A stretch of 64,000 nucleotides of DNA. It comes from an uncultured Candidatus Saccharibacteria bacterium (GTDB lineage: Bacteria; Patescibacteriota; Minisyncoccia; Phycocordibacterales; CAIZLB01). Below, piece by piece: positions 40,029 to 48,263 of this stretch. The number at the start of each line of letters is the position of its first letter. Position 1 is the stretch's first letter. Location: assembly GCA_964467385.1 (NCBI GenBank), contig CAYXQC010000001.1:71896-135895 (forward strand). Reading direction: 5' to 3'. The notes beneath the pieces are model-generated. The model made no database searches. It was not told the DNA's origin and worked only from the letters and a program-made list of their open reading frames with translations. The position numbers and the translations under genes were made by a program.

Positions 40029-40056
40029 TTTTTTTGGTAAAAAATATCAAAAGATA

Positions 40057-40090
40057 AAATGCTGTACTTCGTTACGGCATTTTGTTTTGT
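40057..40090 (+). terminator. rho-independent terminator after the FKBP gene
   Basis: 9-bp stem aatgctgta/tacggcatt (one A-G mismatch) followed by ttgttttg. Confidence 0.5.
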
Positions 40091-40133
40091 AAAATGAGCG
40101 CAGATGTATTACTCTAGTTGGGCAGTACAAAAT

Positions 40134-40205
40134 GCCCTTGTAGTTCAATGGATAGAACTAGCCCGTCCTAAGGGTTCGATGTCGGTTCGATTCCGGCCGA
40201 GGGCA
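40134..40205 (+). tRNA. tRNA-Arg (anticodon CCT)
   Basis: Cloverleaf: acceptor gcccttg/cgagggc, D-arm gttc..gaac, anticodon loop gtCCTaa, T-arm gtcgg-ttcgatt-ccggc. CCA not encoded. Confidence 0.8.
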
Positions 40206-40375
40206 CCTGACAAAAAAGACCGCACTGTTTTGATTTTTTAGTGCAAAAAGAGGAGGGGCAGGCCTGTGCTGTATTCTTCTGGTAGGAAAAATAGGCGCGT
40301 GAAGTTTACGAAAATTTATGAGCTAGCAAGGAAATTATCTGTGGGCACCGACGCTAGTGTGTTATCATATTAAAA

Positions 40376-41317
40376 ATGACCTCTCATTCACGTATCATTA
40401 AGATCGATCCTCAAAAAGAATATGCACTCATTGATAGTGGTGATGGTATGAAGCTTGAGCGATATGGAAATGTAAAAGTTGTACGGCCTGATCCACAGGC
40501 TCTTTGGAGAAAAAGTCTGTCAGAAAAAGATTGGAAAAATGTTGATGCATATTTTACGAACGATAAGGATGAAACTGAAAAAGGGAAGTGGATTTTCACT
40601 CGACCAAACCTCGAAGAATCTTGGCCAATTCACTTCGGCGATTTGGTTATGAATATAAAATTAACCCCTTTTAAACACACAGGACTCTTTCCAGAACAAA
40701 TCGCTAATTGGTTGTGGTGTAGAGACTTGATAAAAAAGCGAGTGGAAAATACTGCCTCGAATCGTGTATCAAATACTGCACAAAACACATCTTCAAAACC
40801 AACCGTGCTCAACCTTTTTGGTTACACTGGAGGAGCATCACTCTCGGCAGCTCTCGGTGGTGCAGATGTAACACATGTTGATGCATCGCGGAGTGCCATC
40901 ACTTGGGCAAATGAAAATGCAAAATCATCAGATCTTTCAGAGGCGACTATTAGATGGATTCTCGATGATGCATTTGCATTTGTACGACGTGAAATCCGTC
41001 GTGGTAAAAAATACGATGCTATCATCATGGATCCTCCAGCCTTTGGCCGTGGCGCTAAAGGTGAGATCTGGAAGATTGAGGAACACTTTTTAGAATTTTT
41101 TGAAGATTGTTTGAAACTTCTCTCAGGTACGCCACTTTTCGTTGTTGTAAATGGATATGCTGCTGGATATTCTGCCATTGCATATGAAAATAATCTCAGA
41201 CAACTTGTTGAAAAGTTTGGTGGTGAAATAGAAAGTGGGGAACTGGCTATCTGTGAAGAAGGTCCGAAGAAAAGGCTTTTACCTTGTGGGATTGTATCGC
41301 GTTGGGCTTTAAAATAA
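40376..41317 (+). CDS. class I SAM-dependent RNA methyltransferase (RlmI/YccW-like, COG1092)
   Basis: N-terminal PUA-like region, LNLFGYTGGASL (SAM-binding motif I) and IIMDPPAFGRG (motif IV). Confidence 0.7.
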   Translation: MTSHSRIIKIDPQKEYALIDSGDGMKLERYGNVKVVRPDPQALWRKSLSEKDWKNVDAYFTNDKDETEKGKWIFTRPNLEESWPIHFGDLVMNIKLTPFKHTGLFPEQIANWLWCRDLIKKRVENTASNRVSNTAQNTSSKPTVLNLFGYTGGASLSAALGGADVTHVDASRSAITWANENAKSSDLSEATIRWILDDAFAFVRREIRRGKKYDAIIMDPPAFGRGAKGEIWKIEEHFLEFFEDCLKLLSGTPLFVVVNGYAAGYSAIAYENNLRQLVEKFGGEIESGELAICEEGPKKRLLPCGIVSRWALK

Positions 41318-41371
41318 TTAATCTTGAATTCGTGTCATCTCGGTATCTTTTTGTGTTAAAATATAATATAT

Positions 41372-41731
41372 ATGGCCGAACAAACCACAAACGATATTGA
41401 CCATCTGGAAGAAGAGGTAACGGATCTCCATGAAAAAATAGACGAACTTACTACACTTGCTGAGGAAAACAATCGCATGGTCAAAAATCTGTATCAACGG
41501 GCACGAATGGCAACGGTTGTTATCTTCATAAAATGGTTTGTGATTATTGGTCTCACAGTAGGATCGCTCTATTTTATTCAACCGTATCTTGAGGCTGTGT
41601 CTGGTGTATATAGTGGAATCAGCAATTTTGGTGGCTTTGGAAATAAAACCCAGGACACACAGAATACCGATGGCCAAGAAGGTAAAGGTGCACTAGACAA
41701 CATCAAGGACTTGTTCAATCTTATTAAATAG
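41372..41731 (+). CDS. hypothetical small membrane protein with N-terminal coiled coil
   Basis: Acidic coiled-coil N-terminus, one TM helix (VVIFIKWFVIIGLTVGSLYF), and a Gly-rich tail. Confidence 0.45.
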   Translation: MAEQTTNDIDHLEEEVTDLHEKIDELTTLAEENNRMVKNLYQRARMATVVIFIKWFVIIGLTVGSLYFIQPYLEAVSGVYSGISNFGGFGNKTQDTQNTDGQEGKGALDNIKDLFNLIK

Positions 41732-41794
41732 ATATAATCGATAGACCTGCTTTATATGCCGGTTTGGTAGAAACATGGTACATATATTGCAAAT

Positions 41795-41867
41795 GCCGAG
41801 GTAGCTCAGTTGGTAGAGCATTTCCCTGAAGAGGAAGGGGTCGCCGGTTCGAGCCCGGCCCTCGGCA
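41795..41867 (+). tRNA. tRNA-Phe (anticodon GAA)
   Basis: gccgagg/cctcggc acceptor, tagctcagttggtagagc D-arm, anticodon loop ctGAAga, ggttcgagcc T-arm. Confidence 0.9.
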
Positions 41868-41875
41868 CAAAATTT

Positions 41876-41910
41876 AAATAGCTACGGCAACGCCGTGGCT
41901 ATTTAAATTT
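41876..41910 (+). terminator. terminator immediately after tRNA-Phe
   Basis: tagctacggc/gccgtggcta stem followed by atttaaattt. Confidence 0.6.
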
Positions 41911-42027
41911 CTAAGTAACGAGGAGAACTGGACTGCTCCAGTTCGTGCCGGGCGAGAAAGGCTTTTCGTTATCGAATGAGCGTAGCGAAGTGAGATCGAA
42001 AAGCACCTGCCGATGTAGTCGGAGAGT

Positions 42028-42125
42028 CCCGGCCCTCGGCACAAAAATAAAATAAGTACAGGCGAAGCCCTGTGCTTATTTTATTTCTTAAATCTACCGA
42101 GAGGTTCTGAACTGCTTCAGAAGTG
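42028..42125 (+). repeat. degenerate tandem copy of the tRNA-Phe 3' end (19 nt identical) plus terminator module
   Basis: cccggccctcggcacaaaa at 41855-41873 is repeated exactly at 42028-42046. Each copy is followed by a similar hairpin+T-run and a similar gaactgga...tccagttc hairpin. Confidence 0.65.
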
Positions 42126-42205
42126 AACAACCCATTGGCGTACATAAAATAATGATTGTATAATAAAGGTGCATTACAAATTCAGATATAATCATTGAAA
42201 ATAAT

Positions 42206-42529
42206 ATGAACGACAGCGATGTACAGTTTCTTGAATATATTGTTAAGTCTTTGGTGGAAAATACAGATGCAGTGAAGACAAGTCGACGAGTTGATGATAT
42301 GGGGGTTTTCATTGAGCTCACAGTCGATCCAGTTGATATGGGAAAAATTATCGGACGAAATGGTCACACAGCTCAAGCTATTCGAACTATTATGAAAGCA
42401 TTTGGTAAAAAGCATCAGGCAAATATCAGCATTCAAATCAAAGAGCCTGCTGGTGGTGCCCGACTAGCTGGCACAGAAAGTGGCGCGATGAAAAGTGTAG
42501 ACGAAGCAATTGCAGACTTGAATATATAG
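42206..42529 (+). CDS. KH-domain RNA-binding protein (KhpA/UPF0109-like) with C-terminal extension
   Basis: EYIVKSLVENTDAVKT...MGKIIGRNGHTAQAIRTIMKA contains the GxxG KH motif. Confidence 0.75.
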   Translation: MNDSDVQFLEYIVKSLVENTDAVKTSRRVDDMGVFIELTVDPVDMGKIIGRNGHTAQAIRTIMKAFGKKHQANISIQIKEPAGGARLAGTESGAMKSVDEAIADLNI

Positions 42530-42795
42530 ATGATGTGAAAAAAAAGGGGGTGGTTGGTCTAGGGGTAGGTCTGACAAGGGTCTTTGCAAGAATATAATGT
42601 AAGTACTTTGGGTAAGCGATGGCTTATGGCAACCTCTCTCCTTAAACGAAGAGAGGAACATATAATAAAAACACTGGTTGAAGCCGGTGTTTTTATTTAT
42701 AAAGATCTGCAAATCTATCTTTTACTTGTTCGAAATTTTCTCCACGAGACATGTGAAGAGAAGTTAAAAATATTATAAATATTTACTAAATATTA

Positions 42796-42830
42796 AAAAT
42801 TAAAAAGCGCCAGGTTGTAAGACCTGACGC
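42796..42830 (-). terminator. terminator of the 42867-43742 membrane protein gene
   Basis: gcgccaggt/acctgacgc stem (one mismatch) followed by a T-run on the minus strand. Confidence 0.5.
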
Positions 42831-42866
42831 TTTGATGGAAGTACTTGTTCGTTCGTGCTTTTTGGC

Positions 42867-43742
42867 TTATTTTTTCAAGTTTTGTTTTGCAAGAACTTTG
42901 AAGTCGTAAGCTTCGATGATGCCATTTTCGCTTGGCACGATAGAAGAAGTCGAGAAAATGTTGGCTGATTCTTTACTTGTCTCGAACGAGATAACGAGTG
43001 ATTTGTCGAGATCAGCCAAATGCTTGAGTTTGATGGCTCGTGCATATGCTGCCGTAAGCTGTTGGATAAAATCCGATTTCTTTTTATCGAAATCAAACCA
43101 CTGATTTGTGTCATCTGAAAGCGAGCCATCAAATTTGAGGATACCTTTTACCAGTGCACCATCCGCTGTTTCTGCTTCAGAAACACTGAACGAGATGTCC
43201 TGTTTTTTTCTGATGACTGTTACATCATTGACAAAACCAGAGGGAAAGATCCAGATAGATTGATTGATGAGCAAAGCTTGATTGTTGATGATCTTGGCGT
43301 ACTGGTCTTTATCGCTTCCTGTAAAGGAACCTGCAAAGTAAGTGGCCACAATCATTGGAACTGCGCATATGCAGGTGAATTGATACCGATGCATTTTTTC
43401 GAGACCTTCGAGTGGATCATCAGCTTTTTCAAGGTTTTGCAACACATTCAGTTTTAGGAATGTGAATATTCTGGAAATCGGTACTGGAAAAACAATGCTA
43501 ATCAAGAATGTGATGAAGGTTAGTGCTGCTACTTTTCCTCCACAACCACCATCGCCGAGATGTTCATTTCTTGATTCTGCAAACGCAGTCACATGTATGA
43601 CATAGATAAATGCGAAGATAAAGAATGTCAATTTTTTTGAGAGAATTCTCCACAACTTGCCGAAGAACCTGGTTAGATCCTTGGTGAGTTTCTTGATCAA
43701 GCGTGAGCCAGAATTTTCTGGCAGAACTGCTGTTGTGCTCAT
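42867..43742 (-). CDS. hypothetical membrane protein with C-terminal extracytoplasmic domain
   Basis: Basic N-terminus, about 3 TM helices, a GDGGCGGK motif, then a soluble roughly 170-aa C-terminal domain. No family recognised. Confidence 0.5.
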   Translation of the reverse strand: MSTTAVLPENSGSRLIKKLTKDLTRFFGKLWRILSKKLTFFIFAFIYVIHVTAFAESRNEHLGDGGCGGKVAALTFITFLISIVFPVPISRIFTFLKLNVLQNLEKADDPLEGLEKMHRYQFTCICAVPMIVATYFAGSFTGSDKDQYAKIINNQALLINQSIWIFPSGFVNDVTVIRKKQDISFSVSEAETADGALVKGILKFDGSLSDDTNQWFDFDKKKSDFIQQLTAAYARAIKLKHLADLDKSLVISFETSKESANIFSTSSIVPSENGIIEAYDFKVLAKQNLKK

Positions 43743-43872
43743 GCGAGTATATATATTTCTATTTGTTGATGTGAGGGTGATCGAGTCCGACTGCGGACAT
43801 GAGTCATGACTAAACTAAAAAACTAGACACATTTAACTAATCTTTTGTCATGCTGTCAAATCTGCCCACTTT

Positions 43873-44601
43873 GTGTTATCTTTATTTCTAATGAAAAAGG
43901 CAGCACACAAATCTCTTTCGTTTCATGTTATTACACTCTTTCCAGAGTCTCTTTCGTCGTACCTGAACGAATCAATTATTGCGCGTGCGCAAAAAGAAAA
44001 ACTGATTAAGGTGTACACATACAATCCGCGGGATTTTGTAAAACCAACCAAGGCTCAAGCTAAAAATGAGAAGCCATATCTTCGAGTGGATGACAAACCT
44101 TATGGTGGCGGCCCTGGTATGGTAATTCAGGCGGAGCCAATACTCAAAGCTACAGAAAAAGCCGTCAGCACTGCTAATAAGAATGCTGTGAAAAAACCTA
44201 AAACACTTATCCTTTTTCTCTCACCGAGCGGTGAACAGTTTACAACTGAAACAGCTACTGACTTTGCGGCGACCTACACAGACATAGTGATCGTTTGTGG
44301 ACGCTATGAAGGAATTGATGCTCGTATAAAAGAAGTTTTCAAAATGCGAGATATTACTGTTGGTCCATTTGTAACAACAGGTGGCGAGTTGCCGGCTATG
44401 CTTATTATTGATGTCACGGCGCGGCAGATTGAAGGAGTCCTAGGAAAATTTGAAAGCAGGGAAGAGTCGCGTATTAGCTCAAGCGATGTATATACTCGTC
44501 CTGAAGTTTTGGTTTATCGTGGCAAAAAGTATAAAGTACCCGAGGTGCTTCTGTCAGGGGATCATAAAAAGATTGATGAATGGCGGTTGGGTGGAAAGTA
44601 G
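43873..44601 (+). CDS. trmD: tRNA (guanine37-N1)-methyltransferase
   Basis: ITLFPE, DDKPYGGGPGMV, CGRYEGIDARI and TTGGELPAMLIIDV motifs. The true start may be the internal Met at 43891. Confidence 0.9.
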   Translation: MLSLFLMKKAAHKSLSFHVITLFPESLSSYLNESIIARAQKEKLIKVYTYNPRDFVKPTKAQAKNEKPYLRVDDKPYGGGPGMVIQAEPILKATEKAVSTANKNAVKKPKTLILFLSPSGEQFTTETATDFAATYTDIVIVCGRYEGIDARIKEVFKMRDITVGPFVTTGGELPAMLIIDVTARQIEGVLGKFESREESRISSSDVYTRPEVLVYRGKKYKVPEVLLSGDHKKIDEWRLGGK

Positions 44602-44654
44602 ATAGGACTGAAAAATTATTGAGATATAAAACAAACTCATCCCTAATACCCACC

Positions 44655-44753
44655 TTGACAGGGCATGTCAACAACACTATTCACAAGCTTAAAATACTCC
44701 TAGAAACAGTCCTTTTATAAAATCCACACCCTGTCAACATTGACTCGTTGACA
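44655..44753. promoter_or_regulatory. cluster of TTGACA/TGTCAA inverted repeats upstream of rpoB
   Basis: ttgacaggg (44655-63) and its reverse complement ccctgtcaa (44729-37); also TTGACAgggcaTGTCAA and GTCAAcaTTGAC...TTGACA. Confidence 0.3.
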
Positions 44754-44993
44754 CCTGTGGATAAATCGTTTAATATAAAGATCCTGTGTAAGACGATTGA
44801 GTTTTGACCGGCTCTTCGCAGACCTCCTTATTCTATTCATGTTTTTCGCCTTCTTATTTTAAACACACACCTTCAGATCAATATTGGGTCAACAATGTTA
44901 CTGGGGGTGTTTGTTTAATATATGTATCGCGTCGAATTTTAAAAGAAAACGGGAACCTTTATACATACATATACATAACGCACACTCATACCA

Positions 44994-47900
44994 ATGACGC
45001 GCCAGAAAAAATATTTCTCACGATTCAAGGAACCGCTCGCACCGCTTCCTAATCTCGTAGAAGGACAGCTCGAATCCTACAAGTGGCTTCTCGAAAAGGG
45101 CCTCAAAGATGTATTCGACGAATTTGTTTCGATTAAAGATTATTCTGACAAAAAATTCGAACTCGATTTCACAAGCTTCGAACTTACAAAGCCGAAATAC
45201 GACGAATTTTACGCGAAAGAAAATAAGATCAACTACGAAGGTGGTCTTAAGGTGATGATCAAGCTCAAGAACAAAATCCTAGGCTCAACAAAAGAGCAGG
45301 AGGTTTTTATGGCTGACTTCCCACTGATGACTGACCATGGTACTTTCATTATTAACGGTATTGAACGACTCATTGTTCCGCAGATCATTCGATCTTACGG
45401 AGCATTTTTTGTTTCTACTGAAACAAAGGGTAAAAACTACTTCGGTGCCAAGATTATCCCAGCGCGAGGTGCATGGATTGAACTTGAATCAGATGCCGAT
45501 GGTGCTATCTATGTTCGAATCGATCGAAAGCGAAAGTTCCCAGTAACATCTCTCCTTCGAGCTTTTGGCGCAGAAACTGATTCTGATATCAAAGCCCTTT
45601 TCAAAGGAAATGAAAATGCTACATCATATATTGAAACAAGTCTTGCGAAAGATCACGCTAAAACAAAAGACGAAGCGTATATTGAAATTCACAAGCGACT
45701 TCGAGACGGAGATCTTGCAACAGCAGAAAACGCTCGAGATTTCTTTGTGTCACTCATGGGTCCAGAGCGATATGACCTTTCACGAGTAGGACGATTCCGA
45801 TTCAATCAGCGATTTGAAAAAGAAATGGATGAAAAGTCACTCTCTAAGATGACGCTTTCACTCGAAGATATTGCAGCTACAATTTCAAAGATCATTGAGT
45901 TGAACCATAATCCAAATGCTATTAACGATGATATCGATCACTTGGGTTCACGACGTGTGCGATTCGTCGGTGAACTTCTTCAGCAGAAGATCCGAGTTGG
46001 TATGACTCAGATCAAGCGAAATATCCAGAACCGAATGTCGACTATCGACACCGATGCGTCACTTCCTGTGCAGTTTGTTTCTCCTCGACCTCTTCAGGCT
46101 CGAATCAAAGAATTCTTCACAACAAACCAACTCTCACAGTTCATGTCACAAGAAAACATTCTTGCTGAAATTGAACACCTTCGACGTATTTCTGCCCTCG
46201 GTCAGGGTGGTCTTACACGAGAACGAGCTGGTATTGAAGTGCGAGATGTGCACGCGTCACACTACGGCCGAATCTGTCCGATCCATACACCGGAAGGCCA
46301 GAACATTGGTCTTGTACTCCAGCTTGCAACATATGCACGGATCAACCACTTCGGTATGATCGAAACCCCTTACGCAAAAGTTAAGGACGGTAAAATTACA
46401 AAAGAAATCGTATATTTAAATGCACTCGAAGAAGAAGGCTTTAAGATTGCGCATGCAGCTACTGAATACGATGAAAAAGGTCTCATCACAGAAAAGCGAG
46501 TTGAAGTTCGACTCAAAGGTGAACCGATTATCGTAGATCGAGAAGAAATCGACTATGTTGACGTTGCCCCTGAACAGGCGTACTCAGTTTCTACTTCTAT
46601 GATTCCGTTTGTAAACCATAACGACGCCAACCGAGCGCTCATGGGTTCTAACATGCAGAAGCAGGCTACTCCTTGTATTGTTCCTGAAGCTCCACTTGTT
46701 GCTACAGGTATTGAATCAAAAGCAGCTGAAGACACAGGACGAGTAATTCTCGCTCCAGAAGACGGAACAATTGAAACTGTAGATGCTTCACGAATCGTAC
46801 TTAAAGGTGCGAAGAAGGAACATGAATACAAACTTGCAACATACAGCCGAACAAACCAGTTCACAGCTTCTCACCAACGACCAACAGTTTCTCTTGGTCA
46901 GAAAGTAAAGCGTGGCGATGTTCTTGCAGACACATCTACATCTGTAGATGGTCAGATGGCACTTGGTCAAAACTGTCTCGTGGCATTCATGACATGGTCT
47001 GGATCAAACTATGAAGATGCCATTATTCTTTCAGAACGACTTGTAAAAGATTCAAAGTTCACGACAGTTCATATTGAAGAATTTGTAATCAATGTTCGAG
47101 ATACAAAACTTGGGCCTGAAGTTACAACTCACGATATTCCAAACGTTGGTGAAGGCCGACTGAAGAATCTCGACGTTGACGGTATTGTACGAGTAGGTGC
47201 GGAAGTTCGACCTGGAGATATTCTCGTAGGTAAAATTACTCCAAAAACTGAAACTCAACTTACTCCTGAAGAACGACTTCTCCGATCTATCTTCGGTGAA
47301 AAGTCTCGAGATGTGAAAGATACATCAAAGCGACTTGAAAACGGAAAGAAAGGACGAGTGATTGGTGTGAAAATCTTTTCACGAGAAAAAGGCGACAAGC
47401 TTGATTCTGGAATCTTGAAGCGAATTCACATTGAAGTTGCAGTGCTTCGAAATGTATCAGTGGGTGACAAGCTCGCTGGACGACACGGAAACAAAGGTGT
47501 TATTTCACGAATTCTTCCTGTCGAAGATATGCCATACATGGCGGATGGAACTCCTGTGGATGTAATCCTTACTCCACTCGGTGTACCTTCACGTATGAAC
47601 CTTGGTCAAATTCTTGAACTCCACCTCGGTCTCGCTGCTCACACATTGAATTATCAGGCTATTGTGCCTCCATTTGTAGGTGCAACAGTAGATGAAGTGA
47701 AGAAAGAACTCGTAAAAGCTGGATACAATGAAAGCGGAAAGATGAAACTTTTCGATGGACGAACTGGTGAACAGTTTGCTCAGGATATTGCCGTTGGATA
47801 CATGTACATCTTGAAACTTCACCACATGGTTGATGACAAGATCCACATGCGATCTATTGGTCCTTACTCTCTCATTACGCAACAGCCGCTTGGAGGTAAA

Positions 47901-48188
47901 GCTCAAGGAGGAGGTCAGCGATTTGGAGAAATGGAAGTGTGGGCGCTCGCCGGATATGGTGCCGCTCATACACTTCGGGAAATGCTCACTATTAAGTCTG
48001 ACGACATCCAGGGACGATCTCAGGCCTTTGACTCTATTGTAAAAGGTCAGAAACTTCTCGAACCAAATACACCAGCATCATTCAACGTACTTCTCGCGAA
48101 CCTTCGAGGCCTCGGTATTGATGTTGAACTTATGAAAGAAACAGAAGATGGTCAAATTATTACTACTGATGAAGTCGCATCAGAATAA
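44994..48188 (+). CDS. rpoB: DNA-directed RNA polymerase subunit beta
   Basis: Full-length colinear RpoB signature blocks (for example the GEMEVWALAGYGAAHTLREMLT region); compact at 1064 aa. Confidence 0.97.
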   Translation: MTRQKKYFSRFKEPLAPLPNLVEGQLESYKWLLEKGLKDVFDEFVSIKDYSDKKFELDFTSFELTKPKYDEFYAKENKINYEGGLKVMIKLKNKILGSTKEQEVFMADFPLMTDHGTFIINGIERLIVPQIIRSYGAFFVSTETKGKNYFGAKIIPARGAWIELESDADGAIYVRIDRKRKFPVTSLLRAFGAETDSDIKALFKGNENATSYIETSLAKDHAKTKDEAYIEIHKRLRDGDLATAENARDFFVSLMGPERYDLSRVGRFRFNQRFEKEMDEKSLSKMTLSLEDIAATISKIIELNHNPNAINDDIDHLGSRRVRFVGELLQQKIRVGMTQIKRNIQNRMSTIDTDASLPVQFVSPRPLQARIKEFFTTNQLSQFMSQENILAEIEHLRRISALGQGGLTRERAGIEVRDVHASHYGRICPIHTPEGQNIGLVLQLATYARINHFGMIETPYAKVKDGKITKEIVYLNALEEEGFKIAHAATEYDEKGLITEKRVEVRLKGEPIIVDREEIDYVDVAPEQAYSVSTSMIPFVNHNDANRALMGSNMQKQATPCIVPEAPLVATGIESKAAEDTGRVILAPEDGTIETVDASRIVLKGAKKEHEYKLATYSRTNQFTASHQRPTVSLGQKVKRGDVLADTSTSVDGQMALGQNCLVAFMTWSGSNYEDAIILSERLVKDSKFTTVHIEEFVINVRDTKLGPEVTTHDIPNVGEGRLKNLDVDGIVRVGAEVRPGDILVGKITPKTETQLTPEERLLRSIFGEKSRDVKDTSKRLENGKKGRVIGVKIFSREKGDKLDSGILKRIHIEVAVLRNVSVGDKLAGRHGNKGVISRILPVEDMPYMADGTPVDVILTPLGVPSRMNLGQILELHLGLAAHTLNYQAIVPPFVGATVDEVKKELVKAGYNESGKMKLFDGRTGEQFAQDIAVGYMYILKLHHMVDDKIHMRSIGPYSLITQQPLGGKAQGGGQRFGEMEVWALAGYGAAHTLREMLTIKSDDIQGRSQAFDSIVKGQKLLEPNTPASFNVLLANLRGLGIDVELMKETEDGQIITTDEVASE

Positions 48189-48263
48189 ATCAATCGAATA
48201 ATCTATACACATAACGCATACGCATTAGCACAACGTGAATAAATAGAAAAAACGAAAAAATAT

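Noticed and set aside
42530-42700. tmRNA, SRP RNA or 6S RNA in the G-rich spacer
   Set aside because: I could not find the tmRNA tRNA-like 3' end (GGUUCGAnUCC...CCA context), the SRP GGAAGCAGC domain-IV motif, or a 6S central bubble. Left as an unclassified sRNA candidate.
42584-42778. 64-aa ORF MQEYNVSTLGKRW... between the KH gene and the membrane protein gene
   Set aside because: It reads through a hairpin+T-run terminator and has no RBS or homology. It is more likely non-coding (see the sRNA candidate).
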